The notes under the pieces are model-generated. The model did not search any database. It had not been told where the DNA came from and saw only the letters and a list, made by a program, of their open reading frames with translations. A DNA stretch of 45,411 bases from Catajapyx aquilonaris (Eukaryota), in NCBI GenBank assembly GCA_000934665.2, contig KZ539218.1, forward strand, positions 1 through 45,411, given 5' to 3'. Below are positions 34,801 through 44,440 of this stretch, in pieces (position 1 is the stretch's first letter; each line of letters starts with the position of its first letter). The translations under genes were made by a program, and so were the position numbers.

Positions 34801-35230
34801 TGTTCTTGAAGCCGTTACAAAGAGAAAATTGCGTAGGAGCAAACTTTTATTATTAAAAAAAAACCAATTGCGTGCTAAAATGTGCAGCCAATCCACTGGA
34901 TTAAACAATGCTGCATTACACCTTTAAAAAAAGTACCAGAAAATTTGGATAATAAATATTCCGCCCGAAAATATTTTTAGTCAACGCGGCTCCCCGGTAT
35001 GCGAAAATGGCAAGTATTGGTATTTGTCTGACGGTCGAGTATTTTGTTTAATGATTCATACATCTGAAAACACGGGGCCGTAGGGCACTTGCAGCGATAG
35101 GGAAAAAAATTCGCCAAATTTTTTTTTTGCCCTCATATGTTTATCCTGCCGGTTATGCGACCAACCTGCTTCCATGCATTGCGGGCCTGACGCTCTTCCA
35201 GGATGAGCCGCCTGGGGATAGGAAAAACAG

Positions 35231-35813
35231 CCTCGTTCTTCGGCATATTTCCATGATGCCATGGAGATTTGTTGCCATGGTTAACCCGTTGCAATGGACA
35301 AACAAACAAACCAACTTTCCTTAATATGTAGGATTGCTCTTCGTTCTTCGCACGGCCTGTTCCCATGGTTTGATGCCATGACAATATGTTGCCATGGACA
35401 AACGAACAAACTTTGTTTTTCTTTACATGCGGTATATAAAAGGCAAATCTGGTTGGTTTGGTTGTCCGTGGACAAGATATTGCCATGCCACCAAACCTTA
35501 GAAACAGGCCGTGCGAAGAACGAAGAGAACGAACATTATTATGCAATATGTTCCCAAGGGACAAACAAACAAAACCAACTATGTTTTTTATATGTGTAAG
35601 AGTAGCCAACTCTGGAGAGATGGATATGGTGGGGGAGAGAAGAAGTGTAGCCAATTGTGGGGAGATAGACAGAAATGGGACAAACCGACAAACTTCGCCC
35701 TTTTTATACAATTATGCAAGAGTGTAAGAAGAGGAGCCAACTGTGGGGAAATAGAGGGGAGGTAAATGGGACAGACCGACAAACTTTCCCTTTTTTTTTG
35801 TATATGTACAAGA
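35231..35813. mobile_element. Cluster of ~6 short Helitron-like units in tandem and inverted orientation
   Basis: Minus-strand heads such as TCCTACATATTAAGGAAAGTTGGTTTGTTTGTTTGTCC (ends 35333), with similar heads ending at 35428, 35601, ~35715 and 35813; plus-strand head at ~35432. AACAGGCCGTGCGAAGAACGAAGAG occurs in both orientations (35337-35361 minus, 35503-35527 plus). Confidence 0.55.
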
Positions 35814-36229
35814 TATTTTTGGTGGGTCATGGCCGAGTAGCAGCGACGCGATTTTTGTCCCCCCCCCCTCCATGCATCTGCTACGTTATTTTTCGAACCC
35901 GGGTCCGACAGCATTATTTTTTTATGCCCGCGTCCGGCTGCGAAAAAACCGTGCGTCAATTACGCAACCGTATTTACCTCCATCCCAAAGTGTTTATCCT
36001 GCCTGGAAGCTGGTAAACAAACCGGGGTTTTCCCCCCCTCATCCTCTGCATAAAAGTCTTGTTCAGGTGCAGATCCCAGTCCATCCTCTCCATATATCCC
36101 TCTCTGCCTCTGACAAGTCTCTCTCTCTATATATTTTACCCTTAGCTCTCTCCCTCTCTGCCTTTAAGCATCTTGTTGATGATCATGATGATGATCATCA
36201 TCTTTCCCTTGGATGCTGCAGGGGGGGGG

Positions 36230-36492
36230 NNNNNNNNNNNNNNNNNNNNNNNNNNNNNNNNNNNNNNNNNNNNNNNNNNNNNNNNNNNNNNNNNNNNNNN
36301 NNNNNNNNNNNNNNNNNNNNNNNNNNNNNNNNNNNNNNNNNNNNNNNNNNNNNNNNNNNNNNNNNNNNNNNNNNNNNNNNNNNNNNNNNNNNNNNNNNNN
36401 NNNNNNNNNNNNNNNNNNNNNNNNNNNNNNNNNNNNNNNNNNNNNNNNNNNNNNNNNNNNNNNNNNNNNNNNNNNNNNNNNNNNNNNNNNNN
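36230..36492. other. Assembly gap (N run)
   Basis: 263 N, flanked by a G run and an (AG)n tract. Confidence 1.

Positions 36493-36554
<62 letters not shown>
36493..36554. repeat. (AG)n microsatellite, at least 31 units
   Basis: Direct reading; probably extends into the gap. Confidence 0.98.
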
Positions 36555-36555
<1 letters not shown>

Positions 36556-39045
36556 AGCAGAGTAAAGCATTTTTGCAGTCCTGCAGATGTACAGTTCTGC
36601 AGTTGTAACAAGGTGACATTGCAGCAAACATGTCCGGTTATGACTGGCTAGATTGGTGATGAGGCTTGACAGCTTTTTGATTGCGATGTACGCTCACAAA
36701 AATATTGCAGGCCACTTTTTTTTTTGACAACCGTTTGTTTGACCGGGGGCTGGCCAAAGAAACAATTTGTGGGAGACATGATGATAATAATAATAATACA
36801 AAAAAAATTTTGTTTGCCTAGACATGTGTTCATGAGCGAGGGGGTTGGCCTCACAATGCTAATTGTTAATGCAATATGGAACACATCCAAGAGGTATTGT
36901 TCCCATCATTATGCGGGGTTATCACTTCCAGTCATCGCGATTGACGATGCGTTTGTTGCATGATTTGAAAAGTGGGTAGGAGGGTGAAGCAGGGGGGCGG
37001 CTAATATTCCCTTATCCAGCTTCTCTCTTATCTCTCCATCAGCACTCCATTTAATTTGCCGGAGTGACGTCATGAAAAAGCCTCCCTCCCTACTCTGAAA
37101 ATCGGGGGCTTCTGCTCCGGTTGACAATGTGATTTGTCTCCATGAAGAGGATCCTCTGGGAGGTACAGTAGGTTGTACTCGAACCACCCTGTACAAGCCG
37201 GCATATAAGCAAAAGGATGGGGGGGGGGGGGGGGGGGGGGGGANAGGAGCTTAAATCCGAAAACCTCGGCTCCCTTTGTGCTCTTCATTTATCGAGAGCA
37301 AAGTCTCCGATCCCCCCCAAAAATATTTTTATATCGCGAAAAACTCCTAAAATCCCGAACTCGCCATTTTCAGACGGATTTCGCAAAGCCCGGTACCCAA
37401 ACCGCACGGGGGATTATATCCTCTGCAGAATTTATAGGCGCACCTTATTCAGTCCATCCGATATATTACACCCTGATATTATGCTTTAATTTGTTGCATA
37501 TATGAGCTGTGTATATGTATATGAAGAGAGAGAGAGAGAGAAACCCTATATTGGTCGGTGGCCCAGAATAAAATTGCTGGCATTCGCATCGTGATGAGAG
37601 GGGATTTACTAGAGAGGGGGAAAGCTTTCGGGTTGGCCGAGTATGAGCAGAGAGAGGGGGGGGGGATTGGATGAGAGAGTGTGCACAAAATGCGCATATA
37701 TGCAACCTACACGGAATTTTCGCGAGCACTCTGGAAAACCCGGGGGCTTCAGTTTGGGAAGGGGGGCATATACGGTATATATAGAGAGGGTCCCGGAGAT
37801 CGAACTCAAATCCGCTTTGTTCCCTTGGCGACTGCTCCACTTTGCCAATCTGCACACTCGAAACTCTCTCCCCCCCGCCTCCCTCACCCATTGCAAGGCC
37901 TCAAATTCTACCATTCCCTCATTTCCACCATATCCCCCCAAAATGCCTTGGAAAATCGAAGCCTCTCAAGAGACTACTTTTTTTTCTGGAGAACTTGAAA
38001 AAAAAGGGGGGCTTTGATGCACCCAATACACGGTGTACAAGCTCATTCACATTTGGAGCGTCGCCAAAAAGCGCCATGTATGTGAGGGGGGTTGCCGCTT
38101 CGGCGCTGGTGTAGTTCCAGAGTGTGTGGCGATCCTGGCGGCGTGTGAACTTGGCTCATCATAAGACTTGTTAAGTGGGCCACAAATCATTGCCAATACT
38201 TCCCACCCAAGTGGACAAATGTGGCCCGCGGGCGGTCCCCGGGGCGTGCCTCGCCAAAAACAGGCCCGAAAGGCAATAGGTGTCAAGGAGCGAATCTGAA
38301 GGGGGGGAAAAACTTCCATACCTTAGCGTGCGGATAGGTAATTGAGGCGATTATAGTTGGTGGGGTGAAATATTATTAATTGGTGGGCAGGTGGGCAGCC
38401 CTCCCTCAGGGTGCCTATTGGGGGAGGTTGGCAGCCTGGAAAAAAAGAAAAAGGTAAGGACCTGTCGCCCCCACCTGCCTGGGAAACCTGTCTTGTTGAG
38501 GAAAAGAGAGGCGCCCTGTTTCCCCCCGTGGTGTTTATTATTTTTGCATTAATCGGAACGTCATGTCCTTTTCAGCTGGGCATGTTGAATATGGCCAGGG
38601 TTGCCATATTTCACCTTTTTTTGGGGAGGGGGATGATCGGCCTCTATCGGGCCCTACTGTACGATTCCGTAAGGGAATCCGATAGCAGCTAGTTGCAACC
38701 TTCTTCATTTATTATCCATAAGGTGAAGTTAAGGACTATTACTCCCACCTAACTTGGGCCCCTACTTGGCCCATGTTTACCTCCAGCCGAACCTAGCACC
38801 CGCGACCTGTGATTACCACACTATTACAGGCTTAGATCTGTTGTGCGTTACCTCAGCGGGGGCTGTGTTGATGACGTATTGGCTGGTCGCTATAGGGCCT
38901 GCAAGTGATGAAGGTCAAAGTTGAAGGTCGGGCAACAGATAGTCAAAAAATATCAGCGATTAGTATTAGCTCTGTTGAAGCTAATTTTTATTTGCATTTG
39001 TAAAATTGCGAACTAGCAAAATTTACTCCGACGTAGGTTAGTGCA

Positions 39046-39444
39046 GAGTATCTTCTTATTCTGGAGTAACTTACTCCTGAGTAGATTCTTCATCTGGAGT
39101 AACTTACTCCTGAGTAGATTCTTCATCTGGAGTAACTTAATCCAGAGTAGATTCTTACTCTGGAGTAACTTAATCTGTCATAACTTACTCTGGAGTAACT
39201 TGAATCTGTCATAAATTACTCTGGAGTAACTTGAATATATCATAACTTACTCTGGAGTAACTTCATCTGTCATAACTACTCTGGAGTAACTTCATCTGTC
39301 ATTACTTACTCTGGAGTAACTTCATCTGTCATTACTTACTCTGGAGTAACTTCATCTGTCATTACTTACTCTGGAGTGACTTTAATATATCATTACTTAC
39401 TCTGGAGTAACTTTAATATATCATAATTTACTCTGGAGTAATTT
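39046..39444. repeat. 29-33-bp minisatellite, 13 copies, with palindromic core
   Basis: CTGGAGT at 39061, 39094, 39127, 39160, 39190, 39221, 39252, 39281, 39311, 39341, 39371, 39402 and 39433. Core TTACTC-TG-GAGTAA. Confidence 0.95.
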
Positions 39445-39525
39445 AATCCCATCACATGATTCAGTTCAGCCAATCCCATGGATACTTCCAGGCACTGCAC
39501 TGATTGGCTGGTAACCCGTGACAAA

Positions 39526-39712
39526 CAGGGTGGCCAGATGCATCCTCAACAGTTTTGACACGGTTACCAGATGAATTGCCATCAGTTTTGACAGGGTTGC
39601 CAGATGAATCGCCATCAGTTTTGACAGGGTGACCAGATGAATTCACATATTTTTGACAGGGGTTGCCAGACAAATTGCGATCCATTTTTTGACGGGCGGT
39701 TGCCAGATGAAT
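39526..39712. repeat. 33-bp minisatellite, 6 copies
   Basis: Unit CAGTTTTGACAGGGTTGCCAGATGAATTGCCAT. CCAGA at 39534, 39567, 39600, 39633, 39666 and 39703. Confidence 0.9.
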
Positions 39713-41120
39713 AAACATTGCACGCTAGTGTATATGTTCTCCCCCTCCCGTACCTGCCCATTTGGAGCGTAGTTGGGGGGGAGGAATCATGGTGGAACGG
39801 GCAGAGAAATTGGCTGTGTGCAAGAGGCCCAGCAGTCATGGAGGGGTGGCGGCGGGGCCATGTCACCTGCACCTGGCAACCCCTGCAGGGGGTCCATGTT
39901 GCCTGCACAGCACAGCCCCGGAAAAAGAGAGATGCCGATGGGAACCAGCCCACCAGACGAGGCTCTCCTTCTCATTTTTTTTTATTATTATTAAAAAAGT
40001 ATATTTTTATTTTATTTTATGTTCTACATCTCCCCCTCCTCTCAACTCTCCTACAACTTTCCTCTTTCCACTTGCTTAGCTTTGAAGTACGTGTGTGTGT
40101 ATGGTCGCCAGGCTGGCTCGCGTCAGGTACATGTGTGCATAATTTTGCAGAAATTTCCGAGAGAGAGTTAAAACCGGAAGGAAATATCCTGACCGGTGTT
40201 ACGTTAAGCGCGCTCTCTGACGTCGCTTTTCTGTAGTTTGATTGGTGCCTGAAGGCTCTCTTCTGAAACAGTTGTTTTGTATTGTTGAAGGCCAGTTTCT
40301 CCAGCAGTTTGTAAAGACGTTAAGTGGCATTAACTTAGACTAAAGAAAAATCACAGGTGTGGTCCGCATGAATGTGACTTTGCGTGACATAAGGGGTGAG
40401 GGTTGCGACACAGCCTCACAGTAGCCAGATGCTGCGGGCTATCAGAAGCGACTAACGGCCCTTGACTTTCTTGCATCCCAGGTTATGGCCCGCATTTTTT
40501 TTCCTACCGTGTGTGTCCTAGGCAGGCACAAAGTCCTCAAATCGGGGGGGGTTGGGAGGGCCTGAGTGTGGTTTTGGGGACACGGACAAGAACAAAGGGC
40601 TTCGGATGAAAGGGAGGCAGGCAGATGGGGCAGGCGAGGAGGGAAGGAGAGAGACAAAATGATCAGCTCGTGAATGACATGAACAAGTAGGCGGAGAGGG
40701 ATGGGGATGAGATGGGGCTGAATTTTATCCTCGGTTCATTGCCTTGATTGGCTCTTGGACTGGAACGACCCTGGCAACTATGGCGGAAGGAAAGGAGGAG
40801 GGTCTGCTTATGGTATTAGACCACATTACAGGGATGAGGGTAATTCTGGGAGACACACAACCCATCTCTTGCAACTTGGCTACATTTTTTTATATACATA
40901 CCGGCTCCGAAATTGGATGGGTAAAGCACGATGCGTTTTTTTCTAAAGAGCGCAAATTGTGTTCTGAAGGTGTAAATCAACCTGTGGTGTACCTGTTATC
41001 ATCCGAAATTGCAGGGTTCGTCGTAAAAAACTGGAGATCAAGGTTATCTCTGGGGTTGCCAAAATTTGGCAAAACCTACAATCAGTATGACTGACTTTAA
41101 TGAGATGGCCCGCCGATTTT

Positions 41121-41220
41121 TCCACGTAGTATTAATCTTCATGAACAGATGGCGCATACTCCCTCTGCACACTCCTGCCACCGTGCGAGAGATGGGAGAT
41201 ACTACCAAGTATCAGTATTA
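41121..41220 (+). repeat. Dispersed repeat family E, further copy
   Basis: Colinear similarity to 3670-3760 (see that entry). Confidence 0.55.
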
Positions 41221-42466
41221 GGAGCAGCGATTTGGAAATAACTGCTACTAGACTACTAGTTGCTATGCTAAAAAGATGCGCATGCGTATGTGGGCGGTGT
41301 CAGGTTTCACTTTATTCCGTCAATGGCTTCTTGTTGAGGGAATGATGATCAAATGATGCACTGTTGAGGACCATGTTTCCTCACATTGACCAATTAGTGG
41401 CCGTCTCTTTTTCCTTTCACCGCTCCTTTTTAATGGGCTTGTGTAGCCTTCTCTCTCTCTCTGAACATTGAAAGGAATTGCCCACCAGGTCCAACCATAT
41501 TCCTCCAATATCGATTCCCTCCTCTTCTCATTTTTTTATTATATTATACCATCGTCTTTTCACCCAACCCAACCCCACCGCCTCCTCACCCGATAGTGAA
41601 ATGATGTGCATGTGGTTGAACCTTCTCGTCTGGTAATTGGCAGACTCATCCAATTATGGCGGAGTAATTGATTGCTGAAGATTCGACAAGTGGTCGCTTG
41701 TGCGGAAAAAGGCCTCTCTTTGCATCCGGTTCGCCAGTCAAATATAGGGATGGGTTGGGGACTCTGAAAGAAACGAAAAAAAACCAGTACCTTTTTGGAC
41801 ATACACCTGATTGGCATACCGCTTCGTTATGGTGTCTCTTTTTTTTATGCAATGGTTTGTTCAGTGGCAAAGTGACGTCATTGGACTGCAGCTCCCCACT
41901 TTTGGATCATGTTTTTGGGGTGGGCCAAAGTCGCGAATATTTAGTACAACCTAAAGTTTGGAGCATAGTTGGAGAGCACCCTCCCCTAGCAGAGAGACGG
42001 TCTATTCAACCATCCCAGCCCAGCTCATTAGAGAAATGCAGCTCGGCCTCTGTGAAAAGGTTCGGTGGGAGAGAGAGAGAGGCCTAATTGCGGCAGTTAG
42101 CCCGCGTATGCTCCATTGGTCCATTGCGGAGCGTAATGACTAAGCCGGTCTCTCTAGCTGGCATAGGATTGGGGAAGGGGGGGGGGGGGAAAGAGGAAAT
42201 GAGGAAAAAGGAGACAAAAGTGCAGAGCCAGAGATGCACTTGGATTCATGAGGGTTTGCCTCCAGTTCGGGGAGGTTGGAGGATTAAAGAAAGGACTCAT
42301 TGAGGTGCTTTTTTCTCATCGTCTTTCCGGCGAATTGAAGGGGGGGGGGGATGGTTATTCATATTCAGGGAATGGAAATGAGTTCGATCAGAGGGGTTCT
42401 TTTTAATGGGGAAGGTTTGTCATTTGGAGCGTGTTTTTTTGATTTGTGAATTTTTTTTATTTGCAG

Positions 42467-42608
42467 GCTGGAAAGATGGGTCTGCCCTCACCTCATCCGG
42501 CGTCGCCGCTGCCTTTCTTCTGCCACAATGGGGACCACCTGACGCAGCCTCCTCCAGCCCATATGGGCATACCTCCCTACCAGTTCGATCCCAAAGCTGG
42601 AACCATGG
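42467..42608 (+). CDS. pan: Internal coding exon of a TCF/LEF-family HMG-box Wnt effector (pangolin/TCF)
   Basis: Acceptor ttttttttatttgcAG at 42465-66 and donor G|GTAAGT at 42609-14. The exon is 142 nt, phase 0 in and phase 1 out. Translation [47 protein letters not shown](G) contains [23 protein letters not shown], which I recognise from arthropod TCF/pangolin proteins. Confidence 0.9.
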
Positions 42609-42885
42609 GTAAGTACAATTGTTTGGTCAACTGCACACAAAAATCGCAACTTTTCGCCAAATTTTTGTTTGATTTTTTAAATAGCCTTTTTTTCTTTTGC
42701 ATCAGTCGTATCTGATTGAATGTCAACTACTCGAAAACCAAATGTTTACCTCGCGTTTCAATCACTTTATTCCTCCGGTTTGTTCGTCCTTAGAAAAGCA
42801 GCTTGAAAGGAATCGTCTTATGTAGGCCTATATAGCTCAAACAGACTGAGTGAAGTAATAAAAATATATAAATAAAATGTAAATA

Positions 42886-43156
42886 ATTACTTTCGCGTAT
42901 TTTTACTAAATTCTCCGTGTGAAATATTGTTCTCTTATAGCTTATTTCAGAAAATCCTGCTCTTATTTATTTTTTAAATGACTTCATATTTAATTCCAAA
43001 ACTGCATTTTCTGCAAGTTTTCGCTATACAAATTAATGTCAAAAATGCAGTTTTTGAATTAAATTAAGCCATTTAAAAATAAATAATAGCGCAGGATTTT
43101 CTGAAACAAGCTCTAAGAGAACAATGGTGAATTGAGTAAAAATACGCGAAAGTAAT
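42886..43156. mobile_element. AT-rich fold-back element (~110-bp arms)
   Basis: ATTACTTTCGCGTATTTTTACT...ATTGTTCTCTTA.AGCTT.TTTCAGAAAATCCTGC...AAAACTGCATTTT pairs with AAAATGCAGTTTT...GCAGGATTTTCTGAAA.AAGCT.TAAGAGAACAAT...AGTAAAAATACGCGAAAGTAAT. Confidence 0.8.
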
Positions 43157-43862
43157 AAAAATATACAAATAAAATCTAAATAATAAATTTAGACACGAAT
43201 TTGTAGTGAATTAATTGTAGAAATTAAGACATGTATTTAAAAAAGATAAATAATAAGATATGAAATAAACTATAAAACAATTTCACACGGAGAATTGAGT
43301 AAAAATTCAAATATGTGTATTATTAGAATTAAAACGGATAAAAATCGCAATTAAATGACCTACTTTGCCAATAGCAGCTATTTTGTAACCGCTACTATAA
43401 AACTGACAGCTACTGTAACCACATTTTACTGCGAAAACCTATGCAATGTACGGCACATAAGTGTGCAAAAATTCAAATAAACTAAAGGATGAACCCAGCT
43501 TCCCATTGGCCCCGACACGCATTTCTCTATGCAAAATAAAAATGCAGGTTGCGACCACCGTCCATGAGTATATATGAAGAGAGATGCAACAAATTTTCCC
43601 CATCATTTTTGTCCCCCCCTCCAGCCCATGCAGCCGATCAGCGACCCGTGTGCACACGTCCCTGTCGATCACAATCAATACCAGATGGATTATGGCGAAT
43701 AACACCCCCGCAGGTCATTTAATGAATGTAATTATGGCGGCCAAAGAGGAATCGCGGGGATGGAGGGGACATGGGGGTAGGGTCGGATCATAAACCAAAC
43801 CAGACGTAACAATAAATTGCATCATTTTGCCCAACAGCCAGGGTTTGACTGGACCTTGTCCG

Positions 43863-44050
43863 AAATGTGCGGACTTTTACTTGCAAAAAGTACAGGCTTA
43901 TTTCACTAGAAAGTACGTAAGTCGAATTTTACGCCATGTTGTGTGCAATATTCCTAAATCACAACACTTTTTGGTCCCAAGTCCCGATAAGAAGTGTTGT
44001 GGTTTAGGAATATTGCGTATGTCGGAATCTTTACGTAAGTCGGGACTGGG
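43863..44050. mobile_element. MITE-like family C copy 1 (internally palindromic)
   Basis: GCAATATTCCTAAATCACAACACTT (43945-69) is inverted at 43992-44016. TACGTAAGTCG occurs near both ends. Direct repeat of 44229-44440. Confidence 0.7.
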
Positions 44051-44101
44051 TTCAGTGGGGCTTCCTTGCCTGGCCTATTTCTGCCTCTAAGGCTCAACAC
44101 C

Positions 44102-44187
44102 GACGCCAGGGGGTGGTCCTCCTCCTGGAAATTTGGCCACTCTGGGGATCTTTAACGTGCACTCGCGCAATGTCACAAGCACACGGG
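44102..44187 (-). mobile_element. SINE fragment with MetaSINE-like central domain
   Basis: Minus strand reads CCCGTGTGCTTG...GTGCACGTTAAAGATCCCCAGAGTGGCCAAATTTCCAG. From memory this resembles the GCACGTTAAAGAWCC core of MetaSINEs and the tick Ruka SINE. No tRNA-like head is visible. Confidence 0.55.
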
Positions 44188-44228
44188 ACTGTCATGCTTC
44201 CATTGTGTACGTCCGTATCCCTCTAGCC

Positions 44229-44440
44229 AAATGTGTGGACTTCGCTAAATTCTGTACGTTACAGTACTTCATGCTTATTTTCCCCAGACTTACGTAAGTC
44301 GAATTTTACGTAACTCGGATCCATATTGTGCACTATTCCTAAACCGAAACATATATATTTTGCGTCCCAGGTCCCAGTAAAACGTGTTGTGGTTTCGGAA
44401 TCTTACGTATGTCGGACTTTTTATGTGACTCGGGGAGGGA
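44229..44440. mobile_element. MITE-like family C copy 2
   Basis: Shares AAATGTG.GGACTT, TACGTAAGTCGAATTTTACG, TATTCCTAAA, GTCCCA.GTCCC and GTGTTGTGGTTT.GGAAT with copy 1. Confidence 0.7.

Larger units (their letters stand above)
1..42466 (+). other. Probable very long intron of the TCF/pangolin gene (upstream constitutive exon lies outside the window)
   Basis: No beta-catenin-binding-domain exon or other recognisable protein appears in the ORF track. The sequence is repeat-rich and motif-rich. Inferred from the internal nature of the 42467 exon. Confidence 0.65.

Noticed and set aside
36080..36229. Pyrimidine tract and AG followed by an open HLVDDHDDDHH frame running into the gap
   Set aside because: Low-complexity (CT)/(GAT) sequence, no visible donor, no recognisable homology.
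35872..36651. Long ORFs spanning 36.2-36.6 kb
   Set aside because: Artefacts of the N gap and the (AG)n tract.
37160..37178. let-7-like string GAGGTACAGTAGGTTGTAC
   Set aside because: A 2-nt insertion disrupts the seed, the 3' end differs, and there is no proper precursor hairpin.
39046..39444. CRISPR-like appearance (regular palindromic repeats)
   Set aside because: The intervening sequences are short and near-identical rather than unique spacers; no cas genes; eukaryotic context.
39461..39718. Minus-strand ORF with 11-aa repeats (SSGNPVKTDG)
   Set aside because: A by-product of the 33-bp minisatellite; no splice or homology support.
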